Source: the human T2T-CHM13v2.0 reference genome, Homo sapiens
Length of the DNA: 64,000 nt
Direction: 5' to 3' (one strand)
NCBI RefSeq assembly: GCF_009914755.1
Contig: NC_060928.1
Shown: in pieces, positions 13,621 to 28,784 of the stretch
Layout of the letters: every line of letters starts with the position of its first letter
Numbering within the stretch: the first letter of the stretch is position 1
Notes under the pieces: model-generated
Told to the model about the DNA's origin: nothing
What the model saw: only the letters and a program-made list of their open reading frames with translations
Databases searched by the model: none
Made by a program: the position numbers and the translations under genes

Positions 13621-14252
13621 TTCTAACTTCATGAAAAAAGAGTTAAAAATAAGAGACACAGCCCATGCCTTTGAGAAATTTATAATTCAGAAGATTAGAT
13701 GGGCAAAACCCCACAAAAACATGAACTAAAAATGCCCAACTGTGTAAAGCGCACAGCTAGCTGAAACTGTAGAGAGAAATGCACCCAGGGGATGCTGGAA
13801 TCTCTAGAATGAGTGGAGCCAGAGGGTGTTGGTGTGAGAAGACCTTGCAGGAGTATCCTGCTGTTCAACTGGGAAACAGTGAGAGAGGTGTTTCAGGAGG
13901 CGGAATGGCCTGTTAGGTTTTGTGGGAGCTGAGCGCACAGGTTGCCTGGGCTAAGGGAAAGTGTAAGTCCAGAGAGGTGCTTAGTAAAAGACAACAGAGG
14001 AGTGAGAGCGGCCCTGGCCAGGGGACCAGGAGGCCACATTATCCAAGGCCCTAATTGGATTTGCAACACTACAGTGAGCCACTGTGGGTGTCTGACAAGA
14101 GATGCGATGTGACAGAAAGACACACCAAAAGGCTGGTAAAGACAACAGCCCAAGGCAAGCAGTTTGTTGCAAATAGTTCAGGGATGAGATGGACATGCTT
14201 CTGCAGAGAAGGAATGTGTCATGGCTTGGGAAACTATTAAAAAGAAGAATCC

Positions 14253-14572
14253 AGCCAGGCGCGGTGGCTCACGCCTGTAATCCCAGCACTCTGGGAGGCC
14301 AAGGCAGGTGGATCACCTGAGGTCGAGAGCTCGAGACCACCTGACCAACATGGAGAAACCCCGTCTCTACTAAAAATACAAAATTAGCCAGGCGTAGTGG
14401 TGCCTGCCTGTAATCCCAGGTACTCATGAGACTGAGGCAGGAGAATCGTTTGAACCTGGGAGGCAGAGGTTGTGGTGAGCCAAGATTGTGCCATTGCCCT
14501 CAAGCCTGGGCAACAACAGCAAAACTCTGTCTCAAAAAAAAAAAAAAAAAAGAAGAAGAAGAAGAAGAAGAA
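14253..14572 (+). mobile_element. AluSp-like with an A/(GAA)7 tail
   Basis: Sp diagnostics CCTGACCAACATGGAGAAACCCCG and GGTTGTGGTGAG; TSD AAGAAGAATCC at 14242-14252 and 14565-14575. Confidence 0.92.
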
Positions 14573-14977
14573 TCCCCTCTCCGGAACCAGTCCTTTTGAA
14601 GGCCAGGGCAGTATCCAAGTGCTGTGGGGCTCACCCAGCACTCCCAGTGCCTGGCGCTTCCTAGGCATACCATAAATATTTATTGCATAACTGGACTTAT
14701 TGAGAAACATAATGGATGTAAAATGTAAAAGAAAAAAAGTCAGGGATTAGAATCAAAGGACACTGACGGCTACTGAGGGACCAGGACACCAGAGGCACCA
14801 TTGATGATTATATGAAATTGAAGAAGGCTTGACATTCAGGAAAGAAATTCATTATCTTGGGTAAAGTTGGAGGTGGCGGATGTAAACGGTGATTCCTGAC
14901 TAGAAACAAGAAATGAGGTTCAAGAAATATGAGAAGTCAGATGAATGATGTAGATTTGGAAGTCCATGGACAAATGA

Positions 14978-15600
14978 GTATCAGTTAGGATTCTTATTTG
15001 CAAGCAATAGAAACTCCCACCAGCTGATTTAGATAGAAATAAATTTACTGCAAGGACAGTTTCTAATTCACAGGGGAATTTGGAGTCACTGGGGAATCTG
15101 GAGCACCAGGCAAAGAAGTTTTGCAGGCAGAACCCCAGCCAAGTGAACTCCCTAGAACAAGCCAGCAAAGACAGCTGTGCCACCATGGCTGAGTCCCAGG
15201 TGACATCACTTGGCTTGCCAATCCAGTGGATGTGGGATGTTAGGCCCTCCACTAGTACCTCTGGCACTGCCCTGGGGACAAGTTGTTACTACCACTTCTC
15301 TACCCACAAGAAGACTCCCACTCTGTTCTTGACTGTTGTGTCAGAGTCCCAGCCTTGGGGTCTGATGGACAGAATCTAGGTCATTACCAGACCCGAACAG
15401 CAAGAGAAGCCAACAGGAAGGGGTTTTGCTTCTCACAAGACGAGTACAGTGGGGAAGGTGGTTCAGACACTGCCGCCAAAACCACACGTATTTCTTTCAG
15501 GAAGGAAAGAGGTGAATTCAGAGCAGGAAGCGCCAGGGGTTCATCCACTAGGGCTGGCTTCACTCACTGAGAGAACAGGGCTGTGCTGATAGGGTAGACC
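14978..15600 (-). mobile_element. Old MaLR LTR (MLT1K/L/N-like), extent uncertain
   Basis: TATCAGTTAGGATTCTT...TTGCAAGCAATAGAAAC...AATTTACTG terminus. Confidence 0.55.
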
Positions 15601-15754
15601 CATTCTTCAATACCTACAAACTATCTGCCATGAATCCCAACTTAATGCCTTTAATCAACAGCCATCTGTTTATGGTAAAAGTCTGTTCCAGTTTGAAATG
15701 TAAAATCCTTGGAAAGAACCACACTTTACTTTGTCATGAACCTTTCATGGGTCA

Positions 15755-16074
15755 TTTGTTTGTTTGTTTGTTTGTTTGTTTGTTTGTTTTTGATGGAGTC
15801 TCACTCTGTCGCCCCAGATGGAGTACAGTGACATGATCTCAGCTCACTGCAACCTCTGTCTCCTGGGTTCAAGCCATTCTCCTGCCTCAGCCTCCCAAGC
15901 AGCTGGGATTGCAGGCATGTACCACTATGGCTGACTAATTTTTTTGTATTTTTAGTAGAGATGGAGTTTTGCCATGTTGGCCAGGCTGGTCTCGAACTCC
16001 TAGCCTCAAGTGATCTGCCTGTCTTTGGCCTCCCAAAGTGCTAGGATTATAGGCATGAGACACTGTGCCCGTCC
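15755..16074 (-). mobile_element. Alu (AluS-type) with a (TTTG)n tail
   Basis: Alu body flanked by the 18-bp direct repeat TGTCATGAACCTTTCATG at 15732-15749 and 16075-16092. Confidence 0.92.
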
Positions 16075-16339
16075 TGTCATGAACCTTTCATGCACTAACT
16101 TTCAGGGTGGTGGGGAGTATAAGCTGGTACACACTTCTAGGCCCAGCATTGGAAGGGGCCTGAAACAAATGTCAATCCTTCGTAAAGATTTTTAGCTAAG
16201 CATCTACTTTTGCTTAGGGACCCCCAACTCCAGTTTTTCCCTCTCATGGATTCTCAGTGGCCCGATCAATTTGTCACAACACTGTCCAACATGGTAACTA
16301 TTTTAATCAGGGAGAAATGACAGAAGAAAAAGGAGACTC

Positions 16340-16520
16340 ATGTTTTGTGTTGCTCCTTCTACATGTGACACTGTGAGAACAGGGCCCCTATTCCCATTTG
16401 ACGGATGCTGAAACTGAAGCTTGGGGTGATGTGACTTGCCCAAGGCCACAGCTGGTGTGCTGCAGAGATAGGGTCAAAGCTGGCTCCATTGTCTCCAAAG
16501 CCTGACAGCTTCCCCTGAGC
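16340..16520 (-). mobile_element. MIR
   Basis: CCCATTTGACGGATGCTGAAACTGAAGC...GTGACTTGCCCAAGGCCACAGCT. Confidence 0.75.
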
Positions 16521-16722
16521 TGTGTCATCTTTTCATGAAAAAAGAGGAAAATTTGTTTGCACCTTCCCAGTCAAAAGGTTAAAGGAAGGCAAGAGGTTGG
16601 TGGACTGTCCCGGGCTTGCCTTGACATGGTTGTGCAGGGTTTCCTTGGGAGAGGGTATGCAGTACTGAGGAAGAGAGAAAGACACAGAAACCAGCTCCTG
16701 TTTTATAACTTCACCTAGCAAC

Positions 16723-17100
16723 TGTATTTGTCAAGAAATCTTTCCAGCTGCAAATACTAGAAACCCAACTCAAACTGGTCGCATAGGAAATGGGGTCTAT
16801 TGGTTTGTGGGCCTGAAAAGCATGCCAGGAGTTCTCCCCATCTCTCTCTTTCTCTATCTCTCAGCTTGGCTTTCCTCTATGTCTGCTTCATTCTCAGGCA
16901 GCCTCTCCCCACGTGGTGACACAAGTGACCAGCAACAGTCTAGACTTAATGTCTCACCAGCCTAGGACCCCCTCCCCCAGCTGACACAGTGGAACTTTTC
17001 CCCAACAGTTGTAGCAATTAACCAATCTTGTGAGCAAGGGGTTGCAGCACCTTGATTGTACAGGCCTTGAGTTCATCCCTGCCCCCACCACCAAGAATTC
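16723..17100 (-). mobile_element. Old MaLR LTR (MLT1J/K/L-like)
   Basis: TGTATTTGTCAAG...GCAAATACTAGAAACCCAACTCAAACTGG...CTTCATTCTCAGGCAG. Confidence 0.65.
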
Positions 17101-18877
17101 CATCAGCCTCCCTTGCATCACAGGGTTTGAGCATGGCTCCCCCAAAAAACAGTGAAGTGCTGGCACCATAGGAAGGGATGCTGGAGGGGCAAAAGCCACA
17201 GATATCCACTGGAATGTATGCCACAAAGACAGGTAAGGTTTTTGTTTGTTTGTTTCGTTTTAAAAAAAAAATTTGTTTTAAATTTATTTACCACTGTGTC
17301 CCTAGGGCTCAGAACAGGGCTGAACACCTGACAGGCACATTCAAGAAACATTTCTTGAATGAATGATGGATGGACTGCAAAAAAAAAAATGTCCCTCCAG
17401 AATATGATGTCCAGGATAGCACGAATGGGAGATTGGGTACACTGCAGGTACAGACTAGAGTAGGGAGCAGAAGCTCTGGTCCTGTAGATGAGTTGTGTGT
17501 CATTGAATGAATGACACATGACTTCTAAAATGTTGGCATTCACCACATGTCAATCACAGCATGAAACAGAGCTCTGGAATGCCAGTCTCCAGCAAGGGCA
17601 GGGCTTTTACAGTGCAGTTGCATACAAGTCCCCTGGGAATAAAGGGTGATGGGTCACTTTTTTCTTACAGGCTTGTGTCTACAAGATAGATATGCTTCAT
17701 GGGCTGCTGCTTTTCCTCCCCAGATTCCCACTGTGAAATGGAAAGCCAGCATGGTGGCACCCATTCACTTGGAATGAATGTATGGTCCTGGTCTGACAGG
17801 AACCTGAGTGGTAGCATTCCAGAATGTCTACTCAATTGCTGTTAATCGGGTCTCATGTTATCTCTCATCAGCATGCTAACCCAGTGCCCCAGAGTGTATT
17901 CTGGGGAGAACATGTACTTCAACCCCCTGCCCAAATTACCTCCTACTCTCATTACCACCCTTTGGCTTTTCCGTGGCACATAGGAATAGCTGGCCTTTCT
18001 GAATTAGTAAGTAGAATATGCCCAGTCAATGTGTCTCAGCCAAACGTGGATTTCTTGACAAAAGACTGCGAGGATGTTAGATCTGGAAATACTTTTACAG
18101 ACAAAAACAAAAACAACCCCTGAAAAGTCACTGCAATAAACTGCCTGGTTAGTATGCGCCCAGTGTATTTTGCCATTGTGGAAACTGAACTTAATTTGTT
18201 TTAACATGATGCAGCTATTTAGCATTTCCTCCCCCTCCTCCTCCTTCTAGTTAATTCTGAGTGGAGATAAATCTTGAAAACAGACTTGGAGGGCACAGCA
18301 GGAGGCCCTGCAAAGTCATTTGGGTTGTGGCTTTCACGGTGCCTCTTTGCTATTTTCTGAGCAATTAAAACTTAAGCAGGAAAATAAAGTGTTATTAAAG
18401 TGACTCATGAACATTATAGAGGCTGGGTGCATGGAATACTTAGCTTCTGACAAAGGGTTCCTTAGGCACCAATGGGTGTTCAAAAAAATTCCTATCGCCC
18501 CAGTAACTTCTCTGAACACTAGAAACGTAGGTAGAGAGGACTACACCCAGTGGGTTGTCAGCCCTTTAACTCTAACATCATTCCAGAGAGGTAGGCAAGC
18601 TACTGAACTGTCAGTTCTTAAAGTAGGGAACAAAGGCTCCAGGAGTTGAACAATTTTCCCCAGGCAATTTGTCTGAGCCAGTGACAGAAGCTCAGGTTCT
18701 CTGTCTGCAGAAACAAAGTGACAGGGCTGCACCGCATTAACCTCTAGGTCCCTCCCTTAGTATTGAGGTTTTGATCCTTGGTATTTTCTTCCTTGATCCA
18801 GGCAGCCATAACTACTGTTCGTTTTGGTCTGCTATGATTATTTGACTCTCCTTTTCACCTCCACATGCCTTCAGACA

Positions 18878-19051
18878 CACCATATTTCATTGAATCTAAG
18901 ATAACATAGATAAGACGATGAACCACTATCTTATATACTGCCAAAAAGGAAGAAATGTTGCCAATTAAACTGTGACATGACATTGATCATGATTTAAGAG
19001 ATGTTAAAATGTGGAGGAAAAAAGGAGTCATAGGGTCCACCAAATATAGTA
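18878..19051 (-). mobile_element. MER104-like TcMar-Tc2 MITE
   Basis: CCATATTTCATTGAATCTAAGA...GATTTAAGAGATGTTAAAATGTG...AAATATAGTA terminal inverted-repeat pattern. Confidence 0.65.
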
Positions 19052-19479
19052 CTTTGTTATTTGTCTGCATGGATTCAGAACTCTTTCTCTTCTTTAAGAA
19101 ACAAATTTAGAGGAGTATTCATTTCTCCCCTCTGATCTTGTGGTCCCACTGAAAGTCACCCATCACTGTACTCTGCTCCTCTGCCCACGGAATGAGCATG
19201 AAACCCAAAATGGACAGGTAGACTGCCCTGGGATTTTAAACACTGGAGGAAGAGAAGTGAGGGCTTTGTCTCCAGTGCCAAAGAAGATGTGGGGCCCTGG
19301 AACTTTGAGCAACCAGCGCTCCAGTCTTGTGGAGAAATCAGGTTTGAGAAAAAGAGCCGCTTATAGGAAAAACAGCTGAGACAGAGACAGAGAGGGCATC
19401 TGCAGGGTTAAACTTTTTGAATACTTATTGTCCTTGATGGGCACAGCAGCACCAGTAAATTCTCCCATGCTAAACCTAG

Positions 19480-19801
<322 letters not shown>

Positions 19802-21669
19802 AGAATCTTCTTTTTCACAGACGCTGATAGAGTAACTAAGCCAACAGGATCCCTCCTTCTCTCTTCCGGGCATGCTCATGGGAACCCACTGTGATGTTCA
19901 GGCAATGGACAGGAACAACAAACCTGCTTCTACTTTGACAGTTTAGCCACCGTCTGCCATGACCAAGGACTTGTGAACATAGGTTCATGCCTGGTGTTTT
20001 ACCAAGGAAATAGAGTTGTATTTTTTCACAGTGAATTTCAATATTTTAAAGAAAGAGAAAAACAAAATACGTCTAGTGGGGGTGGGGGCAAAGAGGTAAA
20101 AGAAAAGGGAATACATACATCAAGAAAAGACAAAAAAAGAACTAAAAAAGAACAACGATCTGATTTTCTCTCCTAAAGTCCCTTCTATTGACAATGCATT
20201 CCTGACCCTTTTTTCAAAATCTTGTTGGTGGAAAGAGTAGGCAGGGGTTGAAAATGAAGGATGAACCTTTTAAAAATTGCAGAAATAAAAATGTGGTCAA
20301 ATAATGCTGAATAGAACCTTAAGTTGCCTCAGACTGTGATGCTTTTAAATTTCTGAGGTTTGCTGATGAATACTTTTCTAAAACTTTTCTATATAAAACT
20401 TTAAAGACCATCAGGAAATTATACTAATCCACTTACCCTATTTTAACTCTTCAAATGTTCCTACAGCCTCTGATTTTCTGTTGCAGAGAGAGGTTAGTGG
20501 AAAATTGCTTTTGAGGTTTCTTTTGTACAATAATAATCTTGGGCAGTGCCCACCTTGCTGTGTCCTCACGTGCGCCTTGTAAATTGATTCCAAGCTGCTC
20601 CCTTATTCAAAAACCCAATCCCCTTGGAAACCAGAAAGAAAATGAATAGTGGTAGGAGCCTATTTTACTAGTATCAAGATCAAAACCTTCATTACACAAA
20701 TTTGTTTGTCCTTCGGTCCCTTTTAAGTAAGAAATATACATTATGTACTGGTGCTAATCTCACATTTCTGTAATACTTTTTAATCTAGATGGACCCCAAA
20801 GTTGTAGAGTTGTCTAACCCTTAATGACACACACACACACATACACACAAAATCATTTTCTCCTTCTGCACCTGAGTATTTTATTTATTACTCTAGTTAC
20901 TTTGTGTGTGTGTGTGCATGTGCAGTAACACTTCTTTATGGTGTTTTCTGAAGGTTTATTAACTTTTTATATACAGAAATGTTGAATGGAGGTGATATTA
21001 TTACCTTATGGGTCTTTGATCAGAGCTTTTCTGCCAGAGGATGCCTTTTGTGGGAAAACACTGAATGAAAGAAAACAGGCTTACCATGGAGCAATCACTT
21101 AAGTATTACACTTACATTGAGCCCACTGGGGAATGCTGTGCAGCCTCTTTTCTTTCTACAGGAGAAAAAGAAAAGAAGTTTGAAACAGTATCACTACCTA
21201 TCGTAGTATCACCAGTTTTTGAAGTTATCTGAAAGATAACTGTTATTAACCTGATTCATTAGTGAAAATACTCCTTTCATCAGAATATGAATGGGAAATA
21301 CTCCAGTGACGGTGGTGTGGGTCTGAGATTCCTGCTGTATATTTCCTTCTCTCTGTATCTTTACATCTGGACTCACTGAAGCCCTCCATGGGCCACCCTA
21401 ACCTCTCCTTGTTTCTGAGCGAATTACCATAGAGTCATTCACCCTTATTCCCTTATTGTTGTATCTTATGGCAGTAAGGCTGCCCAAAGGCTAGTGTACC
21501 CCAAAATATATCATGAGTATCAGAGTACCCCAGGCCTCCCTTTGTGGTATAGGCCAGAGGCCCAGCTTGCCTCCATCTCCCTGTCTGGTACTCTAAGTTC
21601 CTGTTCAGACTTTAACCTCTATCCACCTGACTGTGGCTTTTGGCAGTCCCTTTTTCCAACGGGGATCTC

Positions 21670-22350
21670 ATGAACATCTGCTCTTCTTGTCTGCCCAGCA
21701 TGTTTCCCTCCTTCCTCTAATGTCAGACATTAACTTAAATTTTGGCAAACTATCCACTATCATGTTCATAGTTCATGGGGCTTGGGTCAGTGTGACATCA
21801 TCTCAGTCTTAGCTCTAGAAGTTAACACATGGCCCAAACCTAGCCAATCAGTGTATATATTTAATCCTGTGGCCACAGTGATTGGTTCAGAGATAAGCAA
21901 GTGACACAAGTTGGTCCAGCGAGAATCAGTTCTGAGATTTGAGTTAAAAGTATTGAATAGGAGAAGCTCTTTCCACAATACCATTTCTCAGTGATGACAC
22001 TATTGACACTTAAGTCCAGATAACTTTGTTGTGGGGGGCTGTCCCGTGCATTGTAGGTTGTTGAGCAGCATTCCTGGACTATATCTGATTAGTAACTACT
22101 CCCCCTCCCAGTTGTGACAACAAAAAGGATCTCCTGACACTGCCAAAAGTCCTCAGGAGTGGATTGATGTGGGAAAGGACAGTCACTCTTGGTCGAAACT
22201 ACTGGAATAGACTGACAACTATGTGATGTGTGCCTGGAACTGCTAGGGGATCTCATGTGAAAAAATCTTGCCTGATAGTGATGCCAACACATAGAAAGGT
22301 AGGGCCAAGAGAAGACACGAAGACCCAATAACATTCTTGAAGCTCCTACA
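21670..22350 (+). mobile_element. Old MaLR LTR (MLT1J/K-like) interrupted by MER20
   Basis: GCCAATCAG...GGCCACAGTGATTGGTTCAGAGATAAGCAAGTGAC...GGTCCAGCGAGA. Confidence 0.65.
21978..22204 (-). mobile_element. MER20 (hAT-Charlie MITE)
   Basis: TGTGGGGGGCTGTCCCGTGCATTGTAGG...CCCAGTTGTGACAACAAAAAG...GACACTGCCAAA. Confidence 0.85.
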
Positions 22351-22389
22351 TATTTTGTTCTCCTATGCATTAAGCCAGTACCAACTAAG

Positions 22390-24770
<2,381 letters not shown>

Positions 24771-24840
24771 AGGCAAGGATAGTAGCACGTGTAGGGTATC
24801 TACACCTGTATCTTACGAACATTAGAAGGATGCCATGAAC

Positions 24841-25153
24841 CAGGCGTCAGCAGATAGTAAATATTCTAGGTTTTTGGGCCATTCAGTCTCCGACACAGCT
24901 TCTCAAGTATGCCTTTGTTGCGCTCATGCAGCTATAGACCAGTAAATGAATGGGAGTGGCTGTGTTCCAACAAAACTTTAAGAACACTGAAATTTAAATT
25001 TTATATAATTTTCACATGTCATGAAATATTCATTTTCTTCTATATTTTCCCCTCTAACCATTTAAAAATGTAAAAACCATTCTTAGCTAGCAGGCCATAC
25101 AAAAACAGATGGCGAACCAGATTTGGCCCACAGGCTGTAGCTTGACAACCTCT
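24841..25153 (+). mobile_element. MER58B-like (hAT-Charlie)
   Basis: CAGATAGTAAATATT...GGCTGTGTTCCAACAAAACTTT...ATTTGGCCCACAGGCTGTAG...ACCTCTG. Confidence 0.82.
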
Positions 25154-25539
25154 GGTATAAACATATGTTAGTAAAAATACAACAATTATCGTGGCTATGT
25201 CGAAGAGGTGATGATGCAGGTGAAATCTCTAATAGAGTCATATCTACATGTTAGACATCTGTGTCTACAATAATCAGCACAATACATTTTATTTTTACTT
25301 ATTCTTTAATAGTGCATATTTTCGTGCCATATTAATATTACTTTTGGAGTAATGGGCTTTAAAAATCAAGACTTATTAAATGAAGTTCAACTTTAAAACA
25401 GGACATCCATATAAATTCACTTTCCCTGGTAAAAAGACATTTTTGATATATTTGATTTTTAAAAGCTTTCATATTTACTGCATCCACGCCACACATTACC
25501 CTGATTTTTTTTTCCTTTACCTTCTGTCCAATTCATAGG

Positions 25540-25940
25540 TTATGTGGGGGGCTTTGCACTTGCTGTATTCTCTGAAATTTTCCTATTCTACATATCAACA
25601 TTTCCCTGAAGAAACTTTCCATTTTCAGTCTCTGCTGAAAAACTTATATTAATGAAGCCTTCTCTGGCCTGTCCATACTCTACCCACTCCCCACCTCTCA
25701 CGATGAATAGTAAACCATGCTCCTAGTCCTTTCACTCTACTTTCCTTTTTTTCCCCATAACGCTTATAACCTTCTGTTACATCGTATCTTTACTTGTATG
25801 CTTGTTTTCTGTCTCCTCTTATTAGAATAAGCTCCATGAGGGTGAAGATTTTGCTTTTTCCAACACTGCATAATTCCAGTTCCCAGAAGAGTGCCTAGCA
25901 AGTAGTAGGTACTCAATATGTGACTTGCTGTATGAGTAAT
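25540..25940 (+). mobile_element. L2 3' fragment
   Basis: TTAGAATAAGCTCCATGAGGG...AGAGTGCCTAGCAAGTAGTAGGTACTCAATA. Confidence 0.75.
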
Positions 25941-27017
25941 CTGGGAATGAACAGAGTACGATTTTCACAGGAGCATCATCCAACGACTGCCATATACTGA
26001 GCAAAAATTATGCTGAGAATCATTGGCCTGAGGCATCCAGAATGGTGGAAAAAACACCACTTCACACCAGCCAGTTAGGAAGACAAACAGATCACACTAA
26101 GGGGGTGTGGTGCTGTGGACCCGTGAGGAGCCCTCATGGAAAGGGCTTTCTTTTGGGAATACATCTTACAAGGTTTTGAAAAACTGCCATGTTGGAGAAC
26201 TTTCAGTGACCATGTCTTCTGCTGAAAACAGAATGGCCCTTTACTTTCCCTTAGCTAAACTTAACTAAACTTCTTTCTAACGTTTTCTCATCAGAATGCT
26301 TATAAAGGAGGGCAGATTATTTACAAGGAGGGTGTTTCCCAGGTTTCACAGGGGAGTTTGGAGCAAAGCATAGTGTGTTAGATTCCCAGAAGGCAATTCA
26401 AGCCTTCTGAGTTACGGATATCCATTGCACAAAGGTTATTTTATATATATATATCTTTATAAAGCACATTTCACTGTCTCCAAACTGCAGTGTCAAATTG
26501 TAGAAATCTGTGCCTTTGAAGTTCTTGACATATAATGTTGACATTTTCAGACTCTCAGTTCTGTGATGAAAGATTAGAATGATGGTGGTGAACAAGAATG
26601 ACCTATAGAAAGACATTTTCTGAAGTGGTGAAAACATTTTTTTAATGGATGGAGACATTTTCTTTTAAATTACATGTTGATCATGAAGGAAAAAAAAAGA
26701 GAAAAGAGAGAAAAGGAACATACAAATTGGTTTTAATTTTCTGTACAAAATCTTATAGGAACTAACAAATACAAACTTTGAGCAGATTTGTGTTTGAAAC
26801 ATCTTTGTTTTTCGCCATAGTTGAAAACATTTTCATGGGGAAAATATGGTCCATATTTTCCTAGAACATAAGAATTGTGTCAAAATGAATCTGATGTTGA
26901 TGTGTAAAAATTAGCAACTAAGTTTGAATTCAGACACTTTTGTCTAAATATTTGTTCTGACTCTTGGCCTTGAAGGAGAACATTAATGAGTGTTCTCCCT
27001 CTCTCTTGTATGTATGA

Positions 27018-27194
27018 TATTTACTTGATTTTAAGAAACACTCTTTTCTCATTTTAACACATCTAAAATCAGAATGCCTTATAATGGATGGCATCTCCTA
27101 ACTACACTTGTCAGTGTTTTTTCTCTCTTTGTGATTTATAAAATAATATTGATTCTTACAGTTGATACCATCTTAGATTCCATGAAATAAGGTA
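27018..27194 (+). mobile_element. MER104-like MITE
   Basis: TATTTACTTGATTTTAAGA...CATTTTAACACATCTAAAATCAGAATG...CATCTTAGATTCCATGAAATAAGGTA. Confidence 0.65.
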
Positions 27195-28350
27195 TACATA
27201 AAACAGTTTTATTATTTTTATTTTTATTCTCTTCCTCATCAGGGACCACTCCCTGCCTCTTTTCCCCAATTTCCTTATGAAGCTTAAGAGCAAACCCAGT
27301 ACAAAAGACAGACGTCATACTATTGACTCGCGGGCTCCATATTAAGCTTCAGTACTTCAAATGATAAGTTTTCTTATAGTTTCAGAACTTATACCTTTAT
27401 AAGTCACATGAACAAAGTTATTATTTGCAAGCACCTGTTTAGCACAAGTTGCTATGAATGTCTCAGATTTGATGTATTTTCTTCCCTTTCTTGTTTTTTT
27501 TTCTTTCTCTAGACGGATTTCTCACCTATTGATTGCTCAGATAGTAAATCTGAATTTAATCTAGGATATGACTTAGGAAATTATAATATTCATGTTGTGT
27601 TCTCTATATGTCAAGCAACTCACCATCCTAACAAGGGTTTCAGGACTAACTAAATGTCAGAGGTGGTTAGACAATGTCTGGAGGACTTTGCTCCAGGATC
27701 AGGCCACAAAAGTGCAGGTCAGACTCACAGAGAAAGAATAGGCTATGGGGCCAGAGGGACCTGAGTTTGAATCCTGTCATGAGGTGTGAATTTATGTGCA
27801 AGATTAGAACAACAATACCTACCTTGCAAAGTTAACCTAAAGACTGGATGTGTATGAAGTGTTTGACAATAGGAGGGCTTAAGAAATGGTGGCTAATAGT
27901 ATTATTCAAGATCATGTATAAGAAAAGGTGAGCCCAGGAGAAATTTGGCAAGCCATTGCGCCCTTTAGCCTTCTTTTGTATCCTTGTTTGTTCATTGTTA
28001 GAGTCACAGCGTTCTAATATTTACACCTTTGCCCTGCCACAAATTATACACGCTTAGAATTGCTCTCAGTTGGATATCTGTTATCACCTACTGACATTTC
28101 AACACAAATTAACAGTGTGCCAGAGAGGCCTGGGTTGGAATTCCGGCTCTGCCACTCACCGGCTAACTTACCCTGGACATGTGCTTCCCCTTTGTATTCG
28201 TTAGAGTTCTCCAGAGAAGAAGAATCACTAGGATGTGTGGAGATAGACATAGATAAGATACAGACACAGGCACAGATATAGATACTGATACAGATACAGG
28301 TATGGATACAGGTTCAGATACAGGTATAGATACAAATATAGGTACGGGTA

Positions 28351-28784
<434 letters not shown>

